A DNA stretch of 64,000 nucleotides. It comes from Octopus vulgaris. Its lineage: Eukaryota. The stretch lies in the NCBI GenBank assembly GCA_951406725.2, contig OX597818.1, positions 63,860,001 to 63,924,000 of the forward strand. The letters are read 5' to 3'. Shown in pieces: positions 63,997 to 64,000 of the stretch. The notes below the pieces were generated by a model. The model was not told the origin of the DNA. It saw only the letters and a program-made list of their open reading frames with translations, and did not search any database. Position numbers and translations under genes: made by a program. The stretch's first letter is position 1. The number at the start of each line of letters is the position of its first letter.

Positions 63997-64000
63997 AACA

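Overview
AT-rich, repeat-dominated animal genomic DNA with many (TA)n/(CA)n/(ATT)n microsatellites and several tRNA-derived SINE families. The repeat content resembles an octopus/cephalopod genome (inference). I found no complete host gene, only isolated candidate exons, one resembling a TRPA-type channel S4-S5 linker on the minus strand. The main feature is a near-intact Neptune-clade Penelope-like retroelement (26241-31985, minus; RT + Zn-finger linker + C-terminal GIY-YIG). It is arranged as a partial tandem with pseudo-LTRs, sits inside a (TA)n repeat and carries variant hammerhead ribozyme (HHR) motifs. Other HHR motifs from different families are scattered through the window: a complete canonical type I HHR at 25502-25567, a tRNA-like + HHR composite at 11134-11286, minimal HHRs at 17678 and 46121, and several degenerate relics. 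Also present are a full-length Chapaev3-like DNA transposon, a mariner relic, Merlin-like MITEs (including a three-level nest), a non-autonomous Helitron, CR1/RTE/RLE LINE fragments, a Nematis-like GIY-YIG relic and a near-perfect 1592-bp tandem duplication. All family names come from motif recognition by eye, with no database search. SINE families A-E are my own labels and SINE boundaries are approximate.
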